A stretch of 64,000 bases of DNA, taken from positions 10,280,184 through 10,344,183 of the forward strand of contig OZ316895.1 of the NCBI GenBank assembly GCA_973895155.1. Reading direction: 5' to 3'. Source of the stretch: Marsupella aquatica. Taxonomy: Eukaryota > Plantae > Marchantiophyta. The notes under the pieces are model-generated. The model saw only the letters and a program-made list of their open reading frames with translations, made no database searches and was not told the DNA's origin. Position 1 is the stretch's first letter; each line of letters starts with the position of its first letter. Both the position numbers and the translations under genes were made by a program. Shown piece by piece: positions 13,432 through 25,195 of the stretch.

Positions 13432-16400
13432 TGTTGCAGGTTAGGCCAATAGTGTTTAGCAACTCTATCACGGATCCACTGATGGGTACTATAGCAAGGT
13501 GATAAAGAGATAAATGACTATTTACTCCTTAACAACTCGATTTCGTTCCGGTTAGGAGTGGATGAGATCAAAAAGACCAAATTAACATAATTTGAGAAGT
13601 TTTCACCAACATTCTCTAGGTTGGAGAGATTTATAATGATCTTCTTAACATAAGTGTTTAACCACAACTCAAGTGGGTAATCCTTAGGATTCACAGTGCA
13701 ATAATAAAAACTAGAATTAACAAAGATTAAAACTAAAGGGAGAGTAGATAGGAGGTTTCAAATGCAAGGGAATTGAATTTCTGACCATCATCACTCCTTC
13801 AATAAGGATTATGGCCTAATTTAAGATTCAAAAATCACCATTTTCTATGCTTTTTGATTTTCTTGTAGCAACTCTTCTCCATCTATTGAATTTAGAAAAC
13901 ATGAATGTAAATCAACCCGAGACACTTTTCTGGTCTTGTTAAGGATGGTACTTGGATACTCGAATCGGCTTACTTCTCCTACAATCCTTAAGATTGCTTG
14001 TTTGAGTTTTGTGCAAATGTCAATTTCCTCTTTGGTGAATCTTCCAAATGTATTGGTCACAAACCTCATTGATCTTCCAATATCATTAAGGCACACTCTA
14101 GCATTCCTTGAACACTTCACAACAACTCAAGGGTTGCTAAACTTCTTCCTTTTACTCAACCATGGTAAAAAGAAGGGAAGAAAAGACATAGATTCCTACA
14201 AAGGCAATGAGGAAATCAAATGTATATTTTCTCTCCCTCTTTGACTTCGAGTTTTCCTCATTTTATACTAAAAGAGGGAATTATGAAAAAACATGTATTT
14301 TCAAAACTCAAGTCTAAAGGAATATGTAAACAAATGTAAGCTACCCTAGTAAAAAATGGAGTAGAGTCTCCAATAACTACATAAACAAAATACTGGAGTC
14401 TACTTACTCATATACTAATCTATATAGCTATTTATAGGTCTAAACTAATGTGGCTCCAACTCTCTAAATATAACTCTATTCTGGTCCTAGCTTTTGGGAA
14501 GGAACCTCCTCAGGGTTAGCCATGGCAAGGGGTTCTGGTCAAAGGAAACCTCCCTGCTGGCCAGTGGTAAAAGGGATGGACGGGTCAATATCCATGTTCT
14601 CCTGGTGAGCACTTGGGTCATGAGAATAAGTGTAAGAATGGGAGTGAAAGTGTGTACTGGGAATGGAGAAACCAGGAGGGTTGAGGGGTGATGAGGGGCC
14701 AGTGGAATAGACTCCTTCATGAGGACTAGGAGAGAAAGACCTGGTAGTAAATGGAGGAATCTCAATATCAGCTAATAGCTCCTTGTAGTCAAGTCACTCA
14801 TCTCCCTTAAGGCTTCACAGGTCTTTGAGAGGCCTGTAAGTGCATCATCCACCTTGGCACTCACATCTACCACTAAATGGTTAATCTTGGAGAAAAGGAT
14901 GGGTGTGGTGTTCTTGGCCAAATACTCATCATAAATTTGGGCCTTAAGAAGATCCAGAGAAGCTATCTCAGTCAAAGACTCATTCAGATCCAAAGATTGA
15001 GTGACTGAGTTGGAGAGTATGCTCAAGCTCATTCTTCTTCTTACTCCTTTCCAACTGCTATTTGAGTTCAGATACCTTCTTCTTGAGGAACTCATTCTCC
15101 TTCTCCAACTTCCTCTTATTTGTGGCATCACTCATGGTGGAGATCTTTCAAGAATCTGCCCTGGTTTCATTCTTAACTTCTGAGAAATGTCAATGATGAC
15201 CTTCTCCATCACAGTGGTCTTCCTCTTCACCTTCTGGAATGTGTCTGAGATGATCTGGAAGTCAGCTAGGGTGTCTTGGGAGGCATGGCCGGGTGCATCC
15301 GGAAATTCAGCCGGGTTGACGAAGGCCGGGTCGAGGTTCCGGGCAGCAGACCGGGTCTTTCGAGGTTTTGTCTCTGCTAGTTCCTCATCCTCACTGTCAT
15401 CAGAGGTGGTCTGGGTGATATTCGGATTTGTCTCCCCATACTTTATGAAGTTGAACTTGGCCAATAGTAACTTCTTCTCCAAGTCTCTAAACAAGACTCC
15501 TTCAAAGCTATATAAATATACCAGGTACCAACTTCCTTATCAGATCAAAGATAAGCTTAGCCCAGTTGACTTTTCTTTCTCCCTTGTAAGCAGCAACAAT
15601 GGTAGAGCCAACTCCAACAATAACTCTTCTTGGCTTCTCAGGATACAGCAGGGGTAGCAGGAAGCTGAAGACTCGTTTCAGATCACGATCCAAACACTTA
15701 GAAACATTGAACCCGTCCTTACTATTGATAGCTCCTTTGAAGTAAGGAAGGATTAGATTGACAGCTCTCCCAACTGGACCTTCTCCTTCATCCTCTAATA
15801 CAAAAGCTCCTGCAACCATCATCTGAGTCCATCGCTCAGGTCGGCCTCTAGAGGTATCCTTAAACTCAGCCGAATACTCCTTGGATCGGATCTCTCTGAT
15901 CATATCTTCGCTCTGATAACTCCAGGGTAGCTCCATCAAAGACTCACAGCCCATCCTGAGCAAAGACTCCCTCAATTTAACCTTCTCAGCTTCACTGTCC
16001 GGAATAGCTGGCCTCAGAATTTTCATGGCAATGGGGACCTCCTTTCTCTTTGATCGTCTCAAAGGGGCTTTAACCGGAGTGGGTGCAGGTGATGTTGAGG
16101 TTGAATGCCCCTTAGAAATGCGAGAAGTGGACATTCCGGTTGGATCCGCCCCTTGCTCCATAGGATTGCTGGAAGCAACAAATTGATTTCCAATAAATGG
16201 TCTGCCTCCTCTACGACGAGCTCTACAATTCTGCAACTTCAGAATGTTCAATCGCTTCGGTGTCGACCAATGGTAGAAATGTCCGGGTCGACCTGGCCGC
16301 AACATTTCTGATCAGTTGACAAGCTTTTCTGGAGAAGTGCATCAAGATTCCGTCAACCACAATGCAGGTGCATCGAACTTGGGGAAAAGCTAGACTCAAT

Positions 16401-17035
16401 CGGGCCTGCAATGGTGATGTCCGGGTCGACCTGGCCGCCCTTCTCATAACCGATGTATCCACGATCAGGATCTCATTGCAAACTTCCTGCCTTCACTCCC
16501 AGCAGTGGAGTAGGCATTCCCCTCATAACGAATCAGTCAGTACCCTCATATCCAGGCTCTCATCATGCAATGCAAGATTGGTCCTATAATCCGGACCCAA
16601 GATCCTCTACCAAAAGGGTAGAGTCTCCTCACTCTACTGCTTAAATAGCCTAATGTGCTCGGGAGCTCAAAACCTATTAAGTTTGGCTTTGAGAGGTGTG
16701 AGAGGCCGGAACGACTCTCCTTCCTTATATCCGGATTCTGTTGTGGTCGTGCCTGTGTTTGACTTATGGTTTTAAAAACTTTGGCAATGGACAGCTGTTG
16801 TTCAGTAGAGTCGTGTTGTAAGCTTTTATATCTCATCATGGCTTATAGTAAAAAATTCCGGGTCGATCCTCCTTCTCTAATATCAATCCCGGTTGACCTC
16901 AGATGGGCTTGAAAGTCTCATACCACTTCAAAGTAGTTTTCAGGTCCCTCTTCAACCTCATTTGAGATCTTAAACTTAAAAATTCTAAAATTTATGGTTA
17001 GTTAACCCTTCTTTCATAAACATCCTTATCTCACA
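13432..17035 (-). mobile_element. TE-derived segment (probably LTR-retrotransposon internal region) with decayed accessory ORFs at 16305-14772 and about 14190-13845
   Basis: ORF 15508-16305 (LPW...RGRPERWT...DGF...C...FLLPLLYPEKP...VNWAKLI) resembles, from memory, a high-copy bryophyte TE-associated hypothetical protein family. It is intronless, broken by a frameshift near 15510 and stops, and continues into a coiled coil. No gag/pol, LTR pair or TSD was confirmed; boundaries approximate. Confidence 0.5.
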
Positions 17036-18187
17036 GGTACCCTGCCGATTCCCTGTTCACTGGCCCGTTTTGGGGGTTTTGCCGCTCCTTCTGCAATTGT
17101 TAAATTTCTAGTTTAGCTCCCATTCTGAGTATGCTTCTTCCTTGGTGCCAACCCCCGGCTTTTGTGGCTTAATGACCTTCGGGTCCACCTGGGTGCTGAC
17201 CCCCTTTGTGGGCCACCCCCGTTGTATGTTGGCTTTTTTGAATAAAATTCAATTGGTTTTTTCTAGGCAAAAAAATTGGAGACTTAATTACCAAAGCATT
17301 GTAGAATGTGTGTCATTGTGGAATGTGTATCATTAGGTCAAAATCAGTAGAAAGCACGGGTTTACCTGGCCATTCATTAGAAACTTATTTTTTTCTCACC
17401 ATTGTTTCACCCAAACTTAATTTTATCTCAAATGTTTACCCAAGCTGTCCGAAGGGAGACTGCAACATTTATGGAACACTTTGGGGTCTCCTCTTTGGAA
17501 GTCTTTGCGGCCAATAATAGACACCCACCATTCACTTACTTTGACCCTTGACAAAAAAGTCCTACTAAAACAGTGTCCAGACACGGCTCAAATGCCCTGT
17601 GCCCTTGTTGCTCTGGTGCTCGAGATCACAAACTTCCAATTTACAACTGCAAAATTTGAGCAAGGAGTAAAGCTGCCTCATTGTCCCTATGAATGGGTGA
17701 CCCTCCATTGTGCGGCCCTAAAAACTTGTTCTGTGTTTGTTCTCCATGGTGCACCTCAGACACCCGGATCCTGCACTTATCCAGGGTGTTAACAGCGGTT
17801 TGCGCAGTCTTATAGTAATGCATAGTGAATCATTTATGCACTTTTCCATATTTGGATGGTCTACACTACCCAAGAAGTGCATGGCTAATTTGCTTATACA
17901 ATTCCCCATGTGTGGTATAATGTCACGCGCACAGGATTCCTCATACCCCAAGCCTCTTAATGCACAATTCAATTGTAAAATAAGTGAAACTACTCTATGT
18001 AATTGTTTGCCACAAATATCAATAAATGCGTCCAGTATATATTCGTGGCTTTAACTAATAAATGCCTTTGTACACTTAAGATGGATATGCACATTGTTAT
18101 CTTTCTTGTATTGTTGGTCTAGATGCAGTCATAAAATCTGCATTTTTAGCATTTGCAGCTATAGATGGTAGGCCTGTACTAATCTAT

Positions 18188-18340
18188 GGAATGCACTTAT
18201 CTACAATGCACTTATGCACATATGGACTAGAAATGCACTTATCCACAGTACACTTATGCACTATGGACTAGGAATGTACTTATTCATAGTGCACTTATGC
18301 AATGTGGACTCCAATGCACTTATCCACAGTGCTCTTGTGC
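18188..18340. repeat. ~42 bp minisatellite, about 3.5-4 copies
   Basis: Unit ATGCACTTATCCACAGTGCACTTATGCA..TGGACTAGGA repeated with few changes. Confidence 0.85.
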
Positions 18341-18751
18341 AGGGTGGGCTGTATGTACCAATTTGTTGACATGTGGATCAGAATCGTCCATTTGGTAAAG
18401 CAAAAGGCAAATGAATCGACGAACCTCAACTTGTACTAATTCAAGGTGTGTGCCTCTGATGTAATTGAAGCTCATTGAGAAGAGACATTCATGAAGCTTG
18501 GAAGCTCAATCTTTCGTGACATGCTTTAAGCTTACAGATCACCTTTTCTTGGGCTTTACCTCGACGAATTGTGTACAATCGAAGAAATTCAAGCGCATTG
18601 AGGAGGACTCGTTGGACGCCAATGGCGACGAGGATGTTCATGAAGTTTGAAGTTTGAAGTCTGAAGCTTGTAGCGAACTTCAGGAGTTGAAGTTCCACTG
18701 AGAGCAGCTCCCTGCGGGAAGGAGGAGCTCCGAAAGGACGAGAAGCTCAGC

Positions 18752-21346
18752 ATGCCTCGCCTCCTCCTGGCCCCAGGGACGTCCTTCCGGTTGCTCTCTG
18801 TTGACCATGCTACTGCGCCATTCCTCTGCATCAGAAAGACCTCGAAAAACCGTGGCGGGCTCTCTCGAGTGAGTTCTCTCTGGATTAGGTGCCAGAATTC
18901 TTCCGAGAAGAAAAGTGAGCGTAATGGCGGAGGAGAGGGCTGGATTTTGGACAACGCCGGGCCGATACGAAGTGCTCCGCTGTACGTCGGCGGTGCCAGC
19001 TTGGCTGCTGTGCTTCTCAATCGATCCTTCTCCGGCGTTGCCGCCGTCGCCGACGCGTCCAGGTTCGTTGCTCGTTCGCCACGCTGGTTCCCAAAGTATT
19101 TTGTGTCTTGTGTGAGTTGTAGTTGGATGGAATTCTGTGAAAGGACGTCGAATTTGCATTGATTGGGCTGGTAACAAAAAAGGGCACATTCATTATGTGC
19201 ATCCGGACATCTTTTGGGTGACGGACTGCAGGAATGGGTATCAAGATCAAGCCTCTTATGTTAGATCAGGTTTCTTTCTCATCCTTTCGATCGAAGGAAT
19301 GAATCGCTAGGTCTTAAAAGTGAATCCGCGAATGGCTCTTGTCCTTTGGGGCTTTCTGACCTCCCATCCATCCCCCTGCTTCAAGTTGAGTGCTCTGTTT
19401 CAAGTCTGCCTGCAGCAGGTTGTCATGTTTGCAAGGATTAGAGTCATAAGGTGCATTCGCTCTTATCATATCACCACGGGGTGGGCACAAAAGGAAACCG
19501 TTCTCTTAGCAAATTGACCTCTGGGATGCACTTTAAGATTAAAACCCCGACCAGTTACGTAGAAAGGAACTCAGCCACCGCTGCTCCGAGTTTCAAAGGA
19601 ATTGGCCCCGCTTTGGTCCTCGTCTCAAATTAAGCCTTAGTGGGCCTCGCGTACATGCAATTGCAGTGTCGATGTACCTTTATGCTTCATGTGTGTAGTT
19701 AAACGGGTGATAGGTGCCGTGGAGGTTGTACAGTGCGCAGTCGAGGGCAGATGTGCTGGCGGTCGCTCTATCAGCTGTAGTGGTACTCACAGGACTGGTG
19801 TGGAAGTCTATCGAATCGAGGCCCCAATTTCCAGTAAGTATTCTCACCTTGTCATGCTGTTCAGTACATTTCAACTCAATATTTGAGGTCAGTATCTTCT
19901 ATTGCCTTTCGGGGCTGTGGATTCACTACAGAGATTTCTGGAATGTTCATGAACGATGCGTTTGGGCAGGTTGAGCTGAATGGAGTAGAATGCTTTAGAG
20001 TAGCCTCAGGCTTGCCGGTGGAGGCAGCACGGGAGCTCAATTGGTACGCGGTCGAAAACTCATTCCGAGAGTCGGTTCTTATCAGCAGGACTTATATGGA
20101 AAGCCAAGTCTCTAAATATAGTGATTGCAGTCTCCATGCTGATGAATGAGGTGTCCAGGAGAATGCCTAGGCAATAGTGAATGCTACCAAGATAACAATA
20201 TTTTTTGAATATCCTGGTTCTAGTCATTGGAATTTTAGATTGTTCATTCAAATTTGCTAACGTAAACAGGATGACTTGTGAAGTTCTCATTATTGGTGAT
20301 CCGATCACAATTCCTGCACATCTATTCGTCTGATTTTCGAGGATGCAGTTAACCAATTAGGTGTTGTCATTTGTACAGGGCTTGGGAAGCTTTGGCTAAT
20401 GCAACCAATACAGCAGCTCTGGTTGTAGTGTATGGGAAGAAATGCGTTTTACAGTGTGGCACATTCTCTGAAAGCAGCGACGGTACGCCTGTGCCTGTGG
20501 ACGTCGCTGATTTTCTTCAGGGATCTTTGCGTAAAACAGTCCTTACTTCTAACACTCGTAAGTCACGTCCCTTTCGATACAGATACGATGTGCACAGTAT
20601 GCAGCATCTGCAATCGGGTATGATGAAGGCTCTTCTATCTTCACTGAGGGAAGTTTTGCTCTCTTCTTGACCCAGTGGCGTGTGCATTGTGACAGAGATG
20701 TATTTGGCCAACCTTGCACTTTATCCAGGCCGCTTTGAGCTTCCATTTCTGCCCTCCAATACTCAGGTGTGCTAAGAACATGCTTGGCTGTAGTTTCAAG
20801 TCTCAAGTCTTTGAAGTTTCTGTAAGCTAATTCCAGTTAGTTGAGAGGATTCCGAATCTCGTATAAGCCCCGAGTCATACTATCGTTCGTGCGGTTTTTC
20901 AGGCTGTCATCATCCAACCCGTGGGCACTGACGGAGTTATGATTGTGGCAAGTGACACTCTTCGAGGATTTGGGCCCAGTGACCAGGTGTGGTCCATGTC
21001 ATCCTTCGATCTACTAACCCAGCCTATTGCAGACCTCGTGCAAGATGCATCATACAGTCGTGAATGATCTGAATGCGTTGATTAGGCACTCGAATGTGGC
21101 TCTATTACTGGATTCGCGTGGACGTATTCATTCGTATTCATTTATTGGCTTGCTACATCTTTGATAGTAGACTGTCACAACTTTGTTACTTATGAAAGTA
21201 ATGTACCAATTGCGCAGGGATGGATTGTAGCAATTGGAGAGAAGCTGGATTCCACACTTGGAGACACGATGTCCTCTGAGGATCGAGATTTTGTTTTTGG
21301 TTCGGAGTCTAAGGAAGAGCCTTTGGAGACACAACCATCAAGATGA
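18752..21346 (+). CDS. CCB4: COFACTOR ASSEMBLY OF COMPLEX C SUBUNIT B CCB4, chloroplastic. Exons 18752-19062, 19734-19833, 19970-20043, 20379-20557, 20696-20766, 20903-20986, 21218-21346
   Basis: All GT-AG joins keep frame and give the CCB4 signature blocks AVLLNRSFSGVAAVADASS AQSRADVL, ELNWAWEAL, YLANLALYPGRFELPFLPSNTQAVIIQP, DTLRGFGPSDQGWIVAIGEKLDSTL. The N-terminus looks like a transit peptide. Confidence 0.95.
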
Positions 21347-22985
21347 CACTTTGTGCACTTAGTGATCTAATTTAGTTCGTAGGTCAAGAGATGGTAGGAA
21401 CAAGATTGGCTATTTCAGAGCACGCTTTCAAAAGTGATTGGCAAACTGAAGAGTTCGATGGAATCATAGTGAAGAGCACTTTTATGCGGGAAGGAGGTGT
21501 ACTTTGATAGTTCTGTCAGGTCCTCCATGCGGACCTTGTGTGTAGAGCTCTGAGAAATCGTTCAAATTGTGACTTCCGTATTGAAGTAAAACGTTGAGTT
21601 CGTATCATTTTCTGAAACTAGGCGACGCCGTTTCATGTAAGCCATTGCCCGAACAAACGGAGTAGAAGCCAACGAACAACATTGCTTACCAATCAAGAGG
21701 ATTGCATTGAAAACTTTATAAGGTTCACCAAACCTTCATCTTGTATTCCATAACCAGCATCAGACGATCCCAAGTATAAAAGAAACCGTCAATTTTGCGT
21801 ATTGAATTGTGCTACCTCAAGTTTAGCTGAAAACTTTACTAGCACCAAAGGAACTAAACATCCCAAAATCTAGCTGTTATAACAACTAGTACAAATCTAA
21901 CACGGGACAAAAACGAACGAAACACCTCAAACTCCAATTGTTATCACAACCAGTACAAGTTTAACACGGGACAAAAAGTAAGACCAATTTACCAAAGCCT
22001 AAACTAGCCAGCTTCGAATCGTGAGACGAGAAAATTTTGGTAGCTATGGTGAGACATTTCATGTGTGCTAAATTTTTGCTGGCTATGGAGCGAGAGAGGA
22101 ACCATTGCAAACGGATTTCAACTTGAGCTTATGTGTTCTTCCAATCGTAGCACAAGCAACAGGCCGTTACTTCAACTGAGAGAGAAAATTTGATATAATT
22201 TATTCACGACAAATGAGAAGCTAATTGGAGCTGGCTTGCTCACTAGCTCTCATCCGTCGCGTGTTTACGTCAATGGCAGCATTGGCTGACGAAAAAGCCC
22301 CATCAACGCTCTGCTTAAAAGAATGTCTCCAAGTCTCTCACCATCTGCATCAAGATATCCCCGACATCCAGCTGCTCGTTTTGATGTCTCTTACAAATGT
22401 ATATGGTGTCTCTGCAAAATTGATTGCTACAAACAGTAGGGAACTCCTGACAGGGTGATGTGGGCCAATCCTAATTCAACACATATGCGGTCTAAGTTTC
22501 GAGCTATACGGTGGTCTCCCATATGTCTCCTCGCATATGCGGGTCGACATAAGGTCCTATAAGTCATAAGTCATAACGGGGACAGTATGTCCTTAATCGT
22601 ATACATCTTGCTCTGCCTTTTGTTTTTTGACATTTTGAGATATACATATTTCTGGACAATTCTCGACGATTGAGACGCCCAGTGTATGCATAAACTTTCA
22701 TTCAGTATTGATGTGACGACATACGTCATTCTGGATAAGTACTCTGAGAAGACTCCATGAGAATCCCAATGCAGGCTAGGTTTTCGAAATTGTCATGAAC
22801 GGAAAAAAGTGCTGTGATTCTGTGAAAAGTACTGAAAGGTGACGACTCTCCTGTATCGACGGTTGTCCCATTCGGAATTCTACGACGGCGGGACCACTTC
22901 TGCGAAACACTCCTCTACAGTGCAGTGCTGTACACTACACCACGAAATCTTCTCTCAAACATAAAAAGTAAAAAGTTATTCTACT

Positions 22986-23059
22986 TGTCTGATCGTGGTC
23001 TCGAACCACGGGCCTCTAGTGTGTTAGACTACTGTGATAACCAACTACACCAAACAGAC
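22986..23059 (-). tRNA. tRNA-Val (anticodon AAC)
   Basis: GTCTGTTTGGTGTAGTTGGTTATCACAGTAGTCT-AAC-ACACTAGAGGCCCGTGGTTCGAGACCACGATCAGACA folds as a cloverleaf with A and B boxes, perfect T-stem CGTGG/CCACG and T-run terminators just downstream. Two stem mismatches (U6:U67, G27:G43). Confidence 0.88.
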
Positions 23060-23065
23060 ACGTTG

Positions 23066-23180
23066 TTATATATACTATATAATAATTATTTATATATATA
23101 TATAGTATCTGTTATTATATTAGACTTACTATAGTATATGTAGTATAGTATATATAATATAACAAATATAATAATGTATT
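23066..23180. repeat. TA-rich low-complexity tract immediately 5' of the tRNA gene
   Basis: About 115 bp of mostly A/T with (TA)n runs. Confidence 0.85.
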
Positions 23181-24199
23181 TAGGCTGGGCGCCGGCGCTT
23201 TGATGTTATATGCAAAAGAACAGAAAGTATTGGGGGGAACAGGAGACCCAATAAATGAGGGAAAAAGTCGGGGAAAAATGAGCCAAAAAGCCCAAGAATA
23301 GTGAAAGAGTAAGCACTTTGTAGTGCAAATAACACCCGTTGGGGTCATCTTTCGAGAATTGCACCCGGACTTATTACTTTCCAGTCGACGAGTAAACTGT
23401 GACGAATGGACTATCGGAGCCCGTCTGCGCACAGTTTGGTGAGACTGGACGAGGACAGTTTCTATATGCCCCCGGTCCTACTGTAGTTCTGGCGAGCAGG
23501 AGACACCTTCTGGCAGGCCTGGAGTCCAGCTTCAGATTTTTCTAAGGAGGACCGGGTGAGGATCGAAAAACTGCTTTAGTGAGTACCTCTAGCTTAATAA
23601 GTCGGCCGAGCATTCCTTGCAACAGGCCGGCATCCAAATCATGGTTTTGTCGCATTACAAGTACAAAAAGTCTTGTATGCGAACATTCCACTTACTGTAG
23701 AAGGTTGACATTTGAGGGAACGGACAGCAGGCGAATTGGAGGCAGTGAGCAATGATTTAATTATGGATACAATGGCTAATCTGGGATTCGAGTGATCCTG
23801 AAAGTAAGCAGAGTTAGTAAATGTTTGTGAGGTCGCAGATGGGTCTTTGGTAGTTCTGTTATAGAATGAATGAATTTTGTTTCTGGCTCGGAATTCGTTT
23901 TTCCACCACTCACTAGATTTTACTTTGGGTTCAATGTGCTGGTGTAGATGAGGATATGGATTCCAGTAAGTGTAGCCTAAGGGTAGGTTTGAGCCCTTCT
24001 CATCAACGGCTGCAACAGGAGAGTGAAGAACAAGAACCAACCGCTGCATGATCAGCTCCACGAGAGATTAACACTCCAATGCTGGAATCGTGAAAATGTT
24101 CAGCCTCGTGTGGTAGTCGGGAGAAAAATTTAAAAATATACAGGAGTACATCCCCACAATCAAAACAATTACAACTACCTTCTAGAGGATGATGTCCCG

Positions 24200-25195
24200 C
24201 CTCGGAAATGACAACTATGACCTGTAGGTTCAACGCCAATTGCCAACATCTCTGCTATCTTGTAAACACGAAAGACACTTTTGGGCGTCCTCCCCCTCCC
24301 GCTGTCCCTCAGGATATCAACAAGGGAGGTGATGGAATCCCTCTCGGAAGTTTATCCTAGGCTGCGCATTTCTTCCAGGATCTCAAGAGCCTTCTCTACA
24401 TTACAGGTCTCACCAAGACCATTCAGGAGATAATTGTAAACCTTGGCATTGAGCTTTAACCCCTTCTGCTTCACCTTCTCAAAAATTTCAATTGCGTCAT
24501 CAATTCTACCACATTAGCAGAGAATCCCCGTAGCAATGCTGGCTGTCTCAACATCAGGCTCACAGCCTCTTGTTTGCATATCACCAACGACATCGCAAGC
24601 CAGCTCCACTTTCTCCACTCTGCCAAGCTCCCTCAGGAGAAGCTTGAATGTGAGGCCATTAGGCTGACAACCGGTTTTCGCCATCTCCCTGTAAGCAATG
24701 TAGGCGTTGTAGTGGTGCTGGCTCTTGAGAAGCTCCAAGACCACAGAGTTTAAATGGCGAGTATCGACAGGGTTTCCCAGTCTGGTGAGTGATTCGGAGC
24801 GCAGATCTTCCATCAACTAGAAGATAGAAGTGAATTTCCTGATTTCCAACAGTATGACAATGATGACATTATAAGTCTCTGTCGTGTGCTTGAAACCCAC
24901 CTGTTTCTTCGCCCGTACGAAGAACTTCCATTTATTCGAGGGTTGAACCTCACTGTGCTTCAAGATGCGGAGAACCATAGCAGGATCCAGCTCGAGCTTG
25001 AGTTTCAGAGCTTTGAGTTTGGGCACTTTGTGATACCTGAATTTTATCCTCCACTCTAAGGATTTCAAGTACTGCAGAAAAATCATGTTGCCGCTCATCT
25101 GAGGAATCGATCCCCTGCTGCAGCAATTCCCATGTGACATCTTGGTAATGACAGACAAAATCGTTCCTCGTCCCTCGTGACCTCATGACAAGCCT
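24200..25195 (-). pseudogene. P-type pentatricopeptide repeat (PPR) pseudogene
   Basis: WKFFVRAKKQVGFKHTTETYNVII, EMAKTGCQPNGLTFKLLLRELGRVEKVELACDVVGDMQTRGCEPDVET, GRIDDAIEIFEKVKQKGLKLNAKVYNYLLNGLG. In-frame stops at about 24817 and 24514, an N-terminal frameshift, and no introns. Confidence 0.85.

Noticed and set aside
18489-19250. Overlapping minus-strand ORFs of 69-169 aa
   Set aside because: Antisense to CCB4 exon 1 and its flanks; no homology cues.
23639-24061. 140-aa minus-strand ORF downstream of the PPR remnant
   Set aside because: No recognisable motif or splice support; cannot be called a gene.
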